A stretch of 63,340 nt of DNA, the filler included, from Octopus bimaculoides (lineage: Eukaryota), in NCBI RefSeq assembly GCF_001194135.2. It is 3 parts of 3 records of this genome, joined end to end, with 100 filler letters (N's around TTAATTAATTAA, not from the genome) between each part and the next. Parts side by side here need not be neighbours in the genome. Positions count along the whole stretch, not along the records: positions 1 to 29,645 come from NC_069000.1; 2 more parts are not named here. One strand, 5' to 3'. The notes beneath the pieces were generated by a model that saw nothing but the letters and a program-made list of their open reading frames with translations, made no database searches and was not told the DNA's origin. Positions 1 through 12,775 of the stretch are shown here, in pieces. Position 1 is the stretch's first letter. Each line of letters begins with the position of its first letter. Made by a program: the position numbers and the translations under genes.

Positions 1-50
<50 letters not shown>

Positions 51-240
51 TATACACATATACGTATACATATACATACATATGTATATATATATATACA
101 TATCAGTATGTATATATACTTATGTACACACACACACACACACACATATACATACTCATACACACACACAAACACATACACGTACAAACACGCATATACA
201 TAGAGTGCAATGGGTAAATAGAGAAAGAGAGAGGGAGAGA
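1..240. repeat. (TA)n / (CA)n / (GA)n microsatellite tract
   Basis: Pure (TA)n at 1-47, then degenerate TA/CA and GA repeats; explains ORF 46..366. Confidence 0.95.
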
Positions 241-372
241 GAAAAGGGTGGAGGAGATAGAATAACAGATAAACGAACATATACATCTTCTCAGACTTGT
301 GGCTTAGTCTCAGCAAATATCTTTATAATAAATATTTCAGCTTTCCGAAACTCACACAAAGCATGAAATTAT

Positions 373-674
373 CCTTTCCGGATTAAAGAATGAGGCGAAA
401 GACGCACCCACCTCTTATCCATCGGCCATTTCCGGATTAAAGAATGAGGCGAAAGACGCACCCACCTCTTATCCATCGGCCATTTCCGGATTAAAGAATG
501 AGGCGAAAGACGCACANNNNNNNNNNNNNNNNNNNNNNNNNNNNNNNNNNNNNNNNNNNNNNCTTTCCGGATTAAAGAATGAGGCGAAAGACGCACCCAC
601 CTCTTATCCATCGGCCATTTCCGGATTAAAGAATGAGGCGAAAGACGCACACATCTCTTATCCATCGGCCATTC
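373..674. repeat. 54-bp tandem minisatellite, at least 5 units, spanning a gap
   Basis: Unit TCCGGATTAAAGAATGAGGCGAAAGACGCACCCACCTCTTATCCATCGGCCATT starts at 377, 431, 485, 566, 620; gives the 18-aa repeat in ORF 369..665(-). Confidence 0.95.
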
Positions 675-709
675 CTTTGTATCTTTAAGAATCCTCTTTA
701 ACTCCTACT

Positions 710-1653
710 CAGTGGCGGCTCGTGTATAGGAACTGCGGAACTGCAGCATCCCCTATTTCCACACGATATATTATCGATAACATTCAATATAATGAGTCCT
801 TTTTTCTTTAATTCTTTCTTTATACTTGTACATTATATAATCCTTAAGTTTAATGTCAGTAGCTATCTCCTAGTTTAGGAAAAAAATACAAAAATCCTTG
901 TATTATAGAACTGTGCGCTTCACAGTTCCAGCGATGCGGTGTTTGGCTGTTATGCGCATGCTCACATGTCTGTGATAGGAAGCTTCATGCTAGGGAGACA
1001 GAGCACTGTCGTTCACACAGTACCGGTGAAAGGTAATGTTTCTTTTTGACTCCGCCAGTGTTGTACTTAAAAGCGTGTTTATATTCTTGAATATGATAGA
1101 ATGTAGAATTAGAATTAGATTATTATCCTGCTTCCAGCTTCAGCGTTGCTGCCAGGATTTGAAATNNNNNNNNNNNNNNNNNNNNNNNNNNNNNNNNNNN
1201 NNNNNNNNNNNNNNNNNNNNNNNNNNNNNNNNNNNNNNNNNNNNNNNNNCAGAGCACTGTCGTTCACACAGTACCGGTGAAAGGTAATGTTTCTTTTTGA
1301 CTCCGCCAGTGTTGTACTTAAAAGCGTGTTTATATTCTTGAATATGATAGAATGTAGAATTAGAATTAGATTATTATCCTGCTTCCAGCTTCAGCGTTGC
1401 TGCCAGGATTTGAAATAGGGCAGATTTTCCTCCGCGTACTTTGTGATTTAAGGGTGATATTTGAAAAACAAGGGGCAATTCGTGACGGTGTTCAGTGAAC
1501 AAATTAAACACACTGCCCACCAGTGGCTAAAACGCGAACCGATCAAGTTTATGTATAAATATTCTTTTTATATGTTTGTTTCCTTTTACACGATATTAAA
1601 ATAACGGCTAACATTTTTCTGAAGCAGCATCCCAAGTCTTAAAGCCGCCACTG
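710..1653. mobile_element. Non-autonomous hAT-type DNA transposon (MITE)
   Basis: 11-bp TIRs CAGTGGCGGCT (710-720) / AGCCGCCACTG (1643-1653); perfect 8-bp target-site duplication CTCCTACT (702-709, 1654-1661); an 8-bp TSD is typical of hAT. Confidence 0.85.
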
Positions 1654-2029
1654 CTCCTACTATTTCTCTATTTCTCTCTCACAATATACGCTTTCCATAT
1701 AAATGATCCTTCGGTATTGGTCTACAGAGTGTCGTTATGAAGAGACGACGTAATTCACTCTTAATCCACCCTGTTTTTGACCTCAGCATCTTTATCTATA
1801 TCATGAGGGAAGGTTGTGTGGATGAATGGTGTTGTGTACCAGTACCGAAGGATTGCCTATATATATATTTATATATATGTTTGTATGCAAATACGAAATT
1901 TGTATCTGTATGTATAAAAAGAAAATTTAAATATGTGTATGCGTGTGTGTAGGTATCACTCTTATATTCATATACACACATATATATATATAAGTATATA
2001 TACATATACATATATGTATATATGAATAC

Positions 2030-2079
<50 letters not shown>

Positions 2080-3095
2080 NNNNNNNNNNNNNNNNNNNNN
2101 NNNNNNNNNNNNNNNNNNNNNNNNNNNNNNNNNNNNNNNNNNNNNNNNNNNNNNNNNNNNNNNNNNNNNNNNNNNNNNNNNNNNNNNNNNNNNNNNNNNN
2201 NNNNNNNNNNNNNNNNNNNNNNNNNNNNNNNNNNNNNNNNNNNNNNNNNNNNNNNNNNNNNNNNNNNNNNNNNNNNNNNNNNNNNNNNNNNNNNNNNNNN
2301 NNNNNNNNNNNNNNNNNNNNNNNNNNNNNNNNNNNNNNNNNNNNNNNNNNNNNNNNNNNNNNNNNNNNNNNNNNNNNNNNNNNNNNNNNNNNNNNNNNNN
2401 NNNNNNNNNNNNNNNNNNNNNNNNNNNNNNNNNNNNNNNNNNNNNNNNNNNNNNNNNNNNNNNNNNNNNNNNNNNNNNNNNNNNNNNNNNNNNNNNNNNN
2501 NNNNNNNNNNNNNNNNNNNNNNNNNNNNNNNNNNNNNNNNNNNNNNNNNNNNNNNNNNNNNNNNNNNNNNNNNNNNNNNNNNNNNNNNNNNNNNNNNNNN
2601 NNNNNNNNNNNNNNNNNNNNNNNNNNNNNNNNNNNNNNNNNNNNNNNNNNNNNNNNNNNNNNNNNNNNNNNNNNNNNNNNNNNNNNNNNNNNNNNNNNNN
2701 NNNNNNNNNNNNNNNNNNNNNNNNNNNNNNNNNNNNNNNNNNNNNNNNNNNNNNNNNNNNNNNNNNNNNNNNNNNNNNNNNNNNNNNNNNNNNNNNNNNN
2801 NNNNNNNNNNNNNNNNNNNNNNNNNNNNNNNNNNNNNNNNNNNNNNNNNNNNNNNNNNNNNNNNNNNNNNNNNNNNNNNNNNNNNNNNNNNNNNNNNNNN
2901 NNNNNNNNNNNTTTCTACTTGGTAATTATGATACATCATCTCCAGGCAGAGATGATTTTAATAAATCAAGAATATTTCTTGTATGGTATTTGATACACCT
3001 GTATTTGTAAATGTGTATGTACCTCTCGCTCTGACTCTCCTTCTTCTTTTACTTCTTTCCTCCAACTCTGTCTTTCCTCTAGCTCTGTCTTTCCT

Positions 3096-3300
3096 GCGAG
3101 CTGGTCGAATAGTTAGTTTGCTGGACGAAATGGCATTCCGCCCGTCGCAACGTTCTGAGTTCAAATTCCACCGAGGTCGACTTTGCCTTTCATATTTTCG
3201 GGGTCGATAAATTAAGTACCAGTGAAACACTGGGGTCGATGTGATTGACTGATCCTCTCCCCTGAAATTGCTAGCCTTGTGCCAAAATTTGAAACCAATA
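3096..3300 (+). mobile_element. tRNA-derived SINE, family A (GGCGGCGAGCTGGCAGAA head)
   Basis: A-box-like head, GAGTTCAAATTCC B-box-like motif, GTCGACTTTGCCTTTCAT...AAGTACCAG...CTGGGGTCGAT body shared by more than 15 copies in the window. Confidence 0.8.
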
Positions 3301-3907
3301 TAAAGAGCCTTATATTTTAGACGGGAGCGAAAGCGAAAAGCATGACTTTGAGGAATTGTCTCAAAGTTATTATTGTTACTATTGTTGTAGTTATTTAGCA
3401 AATCCACCCAGGATCCAACGGACTAAGCTTTATTGCCAATTCTTCAATCAAAGACGTTCTAAGCATTACCAACCTATCTTTTTATACATTCAGAACAATA
3501 TTGTTGAATGCATCCTTCCTCTTTTAAGGCAGAAGGTTAGTGTAATTTGAAGGATATTCAGATGGTATTTCTAGAAAGTCAAGAGATTGCGTAAAGGCTC
3601 TCTCGTCTCGTGGATATTGTGGTTAGTAACACATGCAAAAAGAAAGAAACTGAAACTGTCGTACTGCCATTTCCATGTATTGTGATGTGTGTTTCCTAAT
3701 GTCCGGTCTTCGTATAATTAATTCATGGTTATGAGGTGGTAAACAATTATTTCATTATCGACGGTGGAGGTCCTTATGGATGGGCAAATTCTGAAGCTTA
3801 GCTGGGATTAACAGTCCAGATTATTAGCTAGGGGGTTAGGAAACCAGCTTGTTGCTCCCTGGGCGAAGAATGTTGTCATTGTCAATTATTCACAATATAA
3901 ATCAGTC

Positions 3908-3909
<2 letters not shown>

Positions 3910-3966
<57 letters not shown>
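3910..3966. repeat. (GA)n microsatellite
   Basis: Direct reading. Confidence 0.95.
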
Positions 3967-3970
<4 letters not shown>

Positions 3971-4469
3971 TGACAGGATAGTGAAAAGAAGAAAGTAGAA
4001 AGAGAAAGACTGAGAAATAATGAACGCATGAAAGAAAGGAAGAAAGAATTATGGAAGCGTATAATTTGTGGTATTTCCGGCGATTTGTGGAGGCCTTAGT
4101 TGACTTAATTGTTTGTACATATCGTATTTGATTTTTATTTTCCATTTATTGTTGTTGTTGTAATTAATTATTCGAACAAAATAATTAGCGGCATTTCGTC
4201 TGTCTTACGCTTTGAGTTCAAATTCCGCCAAGTAATAGTGCACATGCACGTGTGTGCATGCTTGTGAGTTTTTTCTATGATAATGCCGCTATATGTATGT
4301 ACGTATGTATGCATGTATACATGCACACATATATGCATGCAAATACACATGTATATATACATACATACAAACATACATCTATAAAGTAGCTTGGAAGTAA
4401 CTCTTAATATCATAGACAGAAGGAAATATAATAATTCAACAGAAAGAAATGTAATAATCCTTTCTACTA

Positions 4470-4672
4470 TTGGCACAAGGCCTGAAATTTTGGAGGAGGG
4501 TGACTAGTCGATTACATCAACTCCAGTGTTTCACTGGTACTTAATTTATCTACCCCGAAAGGATGAAAGGCAAAGTCGACTTCGGTTGAATTTGAACCCA
4601 GAACTTAGCGGCAGACGAAATACCGCTAAGCATTTCTTCCAGTGTGCTAATTTTGCCAGCTCTCCGCCTTGG
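4470..4672 (-). mobile_element. SINE family A copy
   Basis: Reverse complement of the family A consensus. Confidence 0.8.
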
Positions 4673-6577
4673 AAACGTAATAATGGACTGTGGTGTTTAA
4701 TTCACCATGTTCAATAAGTACATGCACTCTGACAAAATCTTATTCCACCTTGTAAGAAAACCACATTCTCCCGGTCATAAGTACAGGAAATTTGTTAAAT
4801 TCAGACAAAATAAGTTACTCAGCCCTAATAAATTTAGCTAACATTAGCAGTTGATAATGAGAAAATACTGGCTAATTCTAACCACAAGAACACAGATAAT
4901 AGTAGAACACGGAAAAGTAATTGCCACCCTCAAAGCAGATGTCCAGTCAACGTGACTGTTCGGGGGGAAAAATCAGTAGAAATGGTTGCCAATTAATTTA
5001 TAATAAACTCTTTTAACTTTCAGAACTTTGGAAAGAAAATGGAGCACAACTCTAACTACACATATATGGTTTTTGAAATATGCTCTATATCGTTAAAAGG
5101 AGACACTTAGATTTAGCAACACCGCATCTACAAAAAGAAATGGTTTCTATAGTCTTTACACACTAGAAATGCAATCAATCCCGAAAGATTAAATAAGGGC
5201 ATTGAATAAATACACAGAACTAATTTCGTTCTACCCTCACAAGCGAATATAAATCCTTAATATCATAACGGGATATCAACAGCAGTAACGTGAGATTCGA
5301 ATAAAGTGCATTTATTTTCTCCCTTCAAATAACATTTCACGCCTTAATTAATAATAACATTAGGGTCACTTCCCTTATATAGTGGACTGGTGACCGCTTT
5401 CCAAATAAATGAATATACAGTAATTCGATAATTTAGATTGTTTCTTACAATTAAATTAGCTCCTTTTCAAAAGAAGAAAATTTCCTCTTCCCTTTCAAAC
5501 AAAACCATTCATTAATCACCAGCAAGCAGTTTGACTGGTGTATACACCACACACACACACTACACACACACAAAACAAAAAGCATACACGCACACACACG
5601 ACACCTTTCGACCGGGATATTGCTGGTATATATTTTAAACCATTAAAATGCGCGCACGGACAGCGAAACCCTACAAATTACAACAACCAATAAAAACACA
5701 TTTTAAAAAATATGTAAGTCATTATCGAAACCAAACATGTTGTTTCAGCAGACACACAAATNNNNNNNNNNNNNNNNNNNNNNNNNNNNNNNNNNNNNNN
5801 NNNNNNNNNNNNNNNNNNNNNNNNNNNNNNNNNNNNNNNNNNNNNNNNNNNNNNNNNNNNNNNNNNNNNNNNNNNNNNNNNNNNNNNNNNNNNNNNNNNN
5901 NNNNNNNNNNNNNNNNNNNNNNNNNNNNNNNNNNNNNNNNNNNNNNNNNNNNNNNNNNNNNNNNNNNNNNNNNNNNNNNNNNNNNNNNNNNNNNNNNNNN
6001 NNNNNNNNNNNNNNNNNNNNNNNNNNNNNNNNNNNNNNNNNNNNNNNNNNNNNNNNNNNNNNNNNNNNNNNNNNNNNNNNNNNNNNNNNNNNNNNNNNNN
6101 NNNNNNNNNNNNNNNNNNNNNNNNNNNNNNNNNNNNNNNNNNNNNNNNNNNNNNNNNNNNNNNNNNNNNNNNNNNNNNNNNNNNNNNNNNNNNNNNNNNN
6201 NNNNNNNNNNNNNNNNNNNNNNNNNNNNNNNNNNNNNNNNNNNNNNNNNNNNNNNNNNNNNNNNNNNNNNNNNNNNNNNNNNNNNNNNNNNNNNNNNNNN
6301 NNNNNNNNNNNNNNNNNNNNNNNNNNNNNNNNNNNNNNNNNNNNNNNNNNNNNNNNNNNNNNNNNNNNNNNNNNNNNNNNNNNNNNNNNNNNNNNNNNNN
6401 NNNNNNNNNNNNNNNNNNNNNNNNNNNNNNNNNNNNNNNNNNNNNNNNNNNNNNNNNNNNNNNNNNNNNNNNNNNNNNNNNNNNNNNNNNNNNNNNNNNN
6501 NNNNNNNNNNNNNNNNNNNNNNNNNNNNNNNNNNNNNNNNNNNNNNNNNNNNNNNNNNNNNNNNNNNNNNNNNNNNN

Positions 6578-6618
<41 letters not shown>

Positions 6619-6739
6619 ATATATATACGATTGAGTGGTCAAACGAACAAAATGTGGTTCGAGATGGGTTCGTCCTACGAGCCCATAAAAAATTTAAGTC
6701 AGATGGGGCTGTGTCAAACTCTTATTAAGATATATCAAA

Positions 6740-6950
6740 TAAGATCGAATGTCCTTCCCGAGCCATAGGCTCATCAGGGTTTTTTTTCCGGATTCTGATT
6801 AAATATATTTCTCCTAGGGCGGAAGCCGATCCGTCGCAGGATAACTCAGCTGAGTGGATTAGGACAATGCCTCGTCCGATCCAGGGATAGAAACTAGTAT
6901 TTTACCATCTTGAATGCTACACTCTAACCACTGAGCCACGTGCCTTCCCA
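6740..6950 (-). mobile_element. tRNA-derived SINE, family G
   Basis: Minus-strand head GGCACGTGGCTCAGTGGTTAGAGTG...; related to copies at 8530-8792, 32420-32605, 48420-48690, 49930-50026. Confidence 0.65.
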
Positions 6951-7139
6951 TTAGTATACATGCTTACATACATACATACATGTGTGTATGCATGTGTGTG
7001 CGTGCTTGTGTGTGTGTGTGTGTGCGTGCTTGTGTATGTGTGCGTGTGCATGTGCGTGTAATCCTTAGAGGTACCTCCGAATAGGCGTTCCCACTCTGAT
7101 TTATCATCGTTTTTATCCTCTTTTCTTCTAGTCTACTAT

Positions 7140-7322
7140 CACTATCACCACCATAGTACACCACCACATACCGCTACCACCATCAGTACCACCACCACAA
7201 CCACCAGCACCACCACCACTACCACCACCACCACCACCACCACCACTACCATCATCACCCGTACTCCTACAATACAATTAACACCAAACCACCACCACCT
7301 CCATACCACTACCTTACCACCC
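7140..7322. repeat. (CAC/ACC)n low-complexity tract
   Basis: Direct reading; similar tracts at 11200-11350, 15790-16000, 36780-37070. Confidence 0.9.
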
Positions 7323-7856
7323 GGCTCTCTCATTTTGAATTTAATTANNNNNNNNNNNNNNNNNNNNNNNNNNNNNNNNNNNNNNNNNNNNNNNNNNNNN
7401 NNNNNNNNNNNNNNNNNNNNNNNNNNNNNNNNNNNNNNNNNNNNNNNNNNNNNNNNNNNNNNNNNNNNNNNNNNNNNNNNNNNNNNNNNNNNNNNNNNNN
7501 NNNNNNNNNNNNNNNNNNNNNNNNNNNNNNNNNNNNNNNNNNNNNNNNNNNNNNNNNNNNNNNNNNNNNNNNNNNNNNNNNNNNNNNNNNNNNNNNNNNN
7601 NNNNNNNNNNNNNNNNNNNNNNNNNNNNNNNNNNNNNNNNNNNNNNNNNNNNNNNNNNNNNNNNNNNNNNNNNNNNNNNNNNNNNNNNNNNNNNNNNNNN
7701 NNNNNNNNNNNNNNNNNNNNNNNNNNNNNNNNNNNNNNNNNNNNNNNNNNNNNNNNNNNNNNNNNNNNNNNNNNNNNNNNNNNNNNNNNNNNNNNNNNNN
7801 NNNNNNNNNNNNNNNNNNNNNNNNNNNNNNNNNNNNNNNNNNNNNNNNNNNNNNNN

Positions 7857-7927
<71 letters not shown>

Positions 7928-8529
7928 ACACATACAGGCACAGATGTCCAGATACGCACACCCACAGATACAAATACACACCTATATACCTTTCTTTTTA
8001 GTCTCTTATTCTTACTTCTTCCTTTCATTTCCTCCTCTCCTTTCTTCTACTTTCACTTTCTCAACCTACGCCATCTTTCTGCTTCGTTAACACACACAAA
8101 TTTTTACTCTCGCTTTGGTTTTACTCTCTCTACTCCCATTTCTTTCTCAGCCTGTCATTCTCACCATCTCTCTTCTTACTCTCATTTACACACTCTCTCT
8201 CTATCTCTTTTTTGCCTCTCTTTTTTTTTGCCTTAAAACCCTTTACAATCGTAAAGTTTACACAATATTATTTCTTATTTTGGGAATGGAAACTGAAATT
8301 CCTAAGTAAATAATAGAGGAAAGTTGTGCGGTTCATGCCTTTACGAAAAGCATTAGTAGTATCTTTGCAAAAGGCAATCTAAACATCAATTCGTCTGAGA
8401 CAAAACTTTTCTTAACACCTTCGACGCAATTATGTGTGTGTGTGTATGTGTATGTGTGCTTGCATGCATATTTATATGTATCTATATGTATATGTATGAT
8501 CGTAGTCTCTCGTAGTCCGAGAAAGACGT

Positions 8530-8792
8530 CTCAGCAATTTCTTGCTGAACAATCTGCATAAATGATTTGTTTACAGTGTTCAAATGTTTGATTTGTATAT
8601 TAGCTCACTCCCTCCTCAAATCGAGGTTGCCTGAACAGATGCACGGTCCACCACATCAGGCATCAAAGTAATCGCTGAGCAACGTGAAATGAAGTTTTTA
8701 CTTAAGGACACAAGGCACCACCCGGTCCAGAAACTGAAATTACGATCTCATGATCGTGAGTACAACACCCTAACCACGTGGCTATGTGCTAT
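8530..8792 (-). mobile_element. SINE family G copy
   Basis: GAGCAACGTGAAATGAAG...CCCGGTCCAG...CACCCTAACCAC, reverse of a tRNA-like head. Confidence 0.7.
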
Positions 8793-9101
8793 CGTATGCA
8801 TAAATATATATATTTTCCCTTTTATTTTTTCTTTCTTTCATTAATTTCAGCTCCAGAGTTACGGTCATGCTGGGGCACCGCCGTTACCTTTGCTACACTT
8901 TCACTGGTTGAAACTTCCTCTGATATGTGGCATTTGATGAATTAGGGAGTTTGATGTTGCTGCCCTCATCTGTGCTTCACAGAAGATTCAGTTTTGTAAT
9001 GACACCTATATCGACCTCATGTAGGTCTCTCTATTAAGTTTGACATGGCCTAGGCCAATCTTTGGCCGAAACAAATCTAAATTATGTATATATGTATAAA
9101 T

Positions 9102-9143
<42 letters not shown>

Positions 9144-9254
9144 CACACACACATATTATTTAATATACACATGATTTAAATGCTGTGTTTGTTAATTGAT
9201 TCCTATCTCTCGCTGGATGGATTAGTTTTTTCGTTTATCCCACCAATAACGGAA

Positions 9255-9445
9255 CAGTTATGCCGACCTGATTCATCCTATATTAGCGTCAGATATTTTT
9301 CTTTGTTAAACGGTAAAGGAATCACTCTTAACTATTTAGCCTCGTTCATATGGAATTTCACTTTAGCGATCATATCCAATACTATTAACAACAACTATTA
9401 CTACCATTGTAATAGCTGCGTAATCTGCGAACTACCAGTGACTTA

Positions 9446-9495
<50 letters not shown>

Positions 9496-9680
9496 TACGT
9501 CAGCAGGAGCTCGCAGATTACATAGTAATTACTGTGGTAGTAGATGTTAACAGTATTGGATACGATCGTTAAAGTGAAATCCCATATGAACGACGCTAAA
9601 TGGTTAAGAATGATTCTCTTACTGCATAACAAATAAAAATACCAGATGCTGATATAGGCTGAATCAGGTCGGTATAACTG
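9255..9680. repeat. Diverged ~185-bp inverted repeat around a (TG)n spacer
   Basis: 9255-9443 aligns to the reverse complement of 9496-9680 at roughly 80% identity by eye. Confidence 0.85.
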
Positions 9681-10169
9681 CAGGAGAAAATGTTGAAATA
9701 CATGAGAGCCCTTGTTAGATCTTTGTTTTATGTTTGTTTTGACGAAAACTTCAACATTTCGCAAAATATATCAATTTTACCAAAGTACTTACCTAAAAAC
9801 TAAAGGGCTATACGTGTCTACCTAAACTTGCTAGAAATTGCAGCTAAATCACACCCTATTGTCTAAAATGTGAAGGTTTTCGATAATACAATCTTAGATA
9901 TGCTAAGCCTGGATAAAAAAAAAAAAAGCCGAGAGAGTCCTTCCTAGAACACTTAAACCTAGACATGCTTGATCAGGGATGGCTTTGGGTTAATTAATGA
10001 TTAAAACTAATTTTGGTGACGGTATTGATGATGGTGTTGATAGTTTTTGGATACTGGTATATTCTGACCAATACCAGAACCTACAGTATTCAAAACAGAC
10101 TGGATAGTGGTTAACAAGAGCAGTAACGGACTGCACCTATAATATTAACCTTTTGTCTGTCCAAAGCAT

Positions 10170-10490
10170 TTTCATAAATTTGTCCTAAACGTCAATGTTT
10201 GTTTTCAAACTTTTAGGTATTCCTTGATTCATACGTTTTGAATAATATAATGCTTCAGTTCTATATTTAAGAGATGAGGAATTATGTACATTATTTACAT
10301 TATTTACATTTGACGGATATTTGTCCTCATCTTGTTTGTTGTTAACACAACATTTCGGCTGATATACCCTCCAGCCAAGACACCTGATGAAGGCTGGAGG
10401 ATGTATCAGCCGAAACGTTGTGTTAACAACAAACAAAATGAGGATAACTATCCGCCAAATGTAAATAATATAAATAATGTAAATAATGAA
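10170..10490. mobile_element. Penelope-like terminal repeat in inverted arrangement
   Basis: Arms 10289-10376 and 10392-10479 are near-perfect reverse complements; CTGATGA-A-GGCTG...CAGCC-GAAAC motif at 10384-10416. Family assignment is inference. Confidence 0.55.
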
Positions 10491-10507
10491 TATAATGCTT
10501 TCCTTGA

Positions 10508-10670
10508 AGGCGGCGAGCTGGCAGAATCGTTGGCACGCCAGGCATTTCCTGGGTCGACTTTGTTTTTCATCCTTTTGGATGAATAAGTACCAGTTGAATA
10601 CTTGGATCGTTATAAACGATTTAATTCCTCCCCGGAAATTGCTGGCCTTGTGCCAAAATTTCATAAGTTC
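10508..10670 (+). mobile_element. SINE family A copy
   Basis: GGCGGCGAGCTGGCAGAATCGTT head, internally deleted. Confidence 0.8.
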
Positions 10671-11746
10671 CAAGTTATTCTTGCGGTTGAAAAAATTGGG
10701 ATTATGTGTCTTATATGATGCATGGGCACCAAGGAGATACGTCATGTGTATCACGTGTGATTCACAGGATAGGCAAAGGGTTAACCGTCGCATGTTTAAG
10801 TGTAAAGCATGATGCTCTGCTTGATGGAAGCATCCTACGCACGAAACATAGACCAGCAGGTCATATCCAAGCGCTTGACCAACTACCTACATGATATTGG
10901 TCTACTGAATCAGGACCAAATTGGTAGTGGTGATAGCATATACAATACTAACAATTACTGCAACTAAAAGTATCCTATTTTTTTTTATATATATGAGATT
11001 TTAAAGCGTTTTTCTTCTACAATATTACCAATGGCATCCCATAATAACATCAACAGCAACAACAGCACTAACGAAATTACTAACAGCAATAACAACAAAA
11101 ACTACATTAAGAACAACCGAACCCAATACTATAAGCATCATCAGAGCTAATAGACTACCAGCTACCACGCAATAACAAAAGCAACAACAATCACAAGTAC
11201 ATCAATAGCTCTGTTATCACTATTACCGCCACTGCCATCACCACCATCACCGCCACCACCGCCGCCGCCGCCACCACCACCTCCACCACCTCTACAACCG
11301 CCACCACCTCTACCACATCCACCACCTACATCGCAAATAACAACAACACTGTATCCATTTCTACAGTTGCTCCCCAATATCATCTCACATTTTCCAGTCT
11401 GACGCATTCCAGTAACGTGAAGAAGGAACTGTTACTGAAGCAGCTTCTGGTNNNNNNNNNNNNNNNNNNNNNNNNNNNNNNNNNNNNNNNNNNNNNNNNN
11501 NNNNNNNNNNNNNNNNNNNNNNNNNNNNNNNNNNNNNNNNNNNNNNNNNNNNNNNNNNNNNNNNNNNNNNNNNNNNNNNNNNNNNNNNNNNNNNNNNNNN
11601 NNNNNNNNNNNNNNNNNNNNNNNNNNNNNNNNNNNNNNNNNNNNNNNNNNNNNNNNNNNNNNNNNNNNNNNNNNNNNNNNNNNNNNNNNNNNNNNNNNNN
11701 NNNNNNNNNNNNNNNNNNNNNNNNNNNNNNNNNNNNNNNNNNNNNN

Positions 11747-12052
11747 CGTGCAAGTGGCTGAGCACTCCACAGACACGTGTACCCTTAACGTAGTTCTCGG
11801 GGATATTCAGCGTGACACAGTGTGACAAGGCTGACCCTTTGAATTACAGACACAACAGAAACAGGAAGTAAGAGTGAGAGAAAGTTGTAGTGAAAGAGTA
11901 CAGCAGGGTTCGCCAAACATCCCCTGCCGGAGCCTTGTGGAGCTTTAGGTTTTTTTCGCTCAATAAACACTCACAACGCCCGGTCTAGGAATCGAAACCG
12001 CGATCCTATGACCACGAGTCCGCTGCCCTAACCACTGAGCCATTGCGCCTCC
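11747..12052 (-). mobile_element. tRNA-derived SINE, family B (GGAGGCGCAATGGC...CAGTGGTTAGGG head)
   Basis: Head at 12000-12052 with GGTTTCGATTCC B-box-like motif; highly similar to 28031-28407. Confidence 0.85.
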
Positions 12053-12732
12053 ACTTAATGGAGGCATATTGAATTTATCAGAACATTTTGGAGTTCCCTT
12101 GTCAGGAAGTAAACAACCCACGGATAGTAAAACCATTCTTATGACGTATGGAAATCGGAATGCTCAGAGGAAAACCACAAATTGAAATATTCGAACTATT
12201 GTAAATACAGTGATGACAAATATTAAGAATTCTACGAATTCCTGTCCATACGATATTAGATCTGTAGCCGTCGAAGCTTTGGCTGCGATAAACATGGTCA
12301 TATTAACCCATCAGAGTAATTAACGTCTTCGGTTTTACGAAGACGCATATGTAGATTCCAGAGGTTTCTGACTCTCGATCATTCGATATAAAACTGGTCA
12401 ATAAAATGCAGCGTTCCTCAAGATGCCGCACATCAACTGTTGATGTTTGGTACGAATAGAATTCTATTGTATGATTGCATTCTCGCTTTTAGTACATTCA
12501 GTGAGATTAGTAGTCTTAATAACGTGGTGTACACTTCTTAACCATAAATATTATGCAGTTGCATAGCTGTAGTTGATCTAAATCACATAGTATTCCTAAT
12601 AGAATGTTTTTTGTAGTTGAAGCTGCAATCCCGGGTCAGCCAATGTCTTGTAAGTGAATTTCGAAAAGGAAAACTATATAGAAGCCTTTCGCATATTCAT
12701 ATATTATATGTGTTTGCATGTAAGTGTTTGTG

Positions 12733-12775
<43 letters not shown>

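Noticed and set aside
373-674. Regular repeat superficially like a CRISPR array
   Set aside because: Head-to-tail identical units with no spacers, in a eukaryotic context.
999-1416. Exact 167-bp direct repeat (999-1165, 1250-1416); similar cases at 16345-16410/16811-16870 and 11400-11450
   Set aside because: Copies flank an N gap; typical unmerged contig overlap.
11990-12052. tRNA-like A/B box sequences here and in other SINE heads
   Set aside because: Each continues into a SINE body and lacks a full cloverleaf; not tRNA genes.
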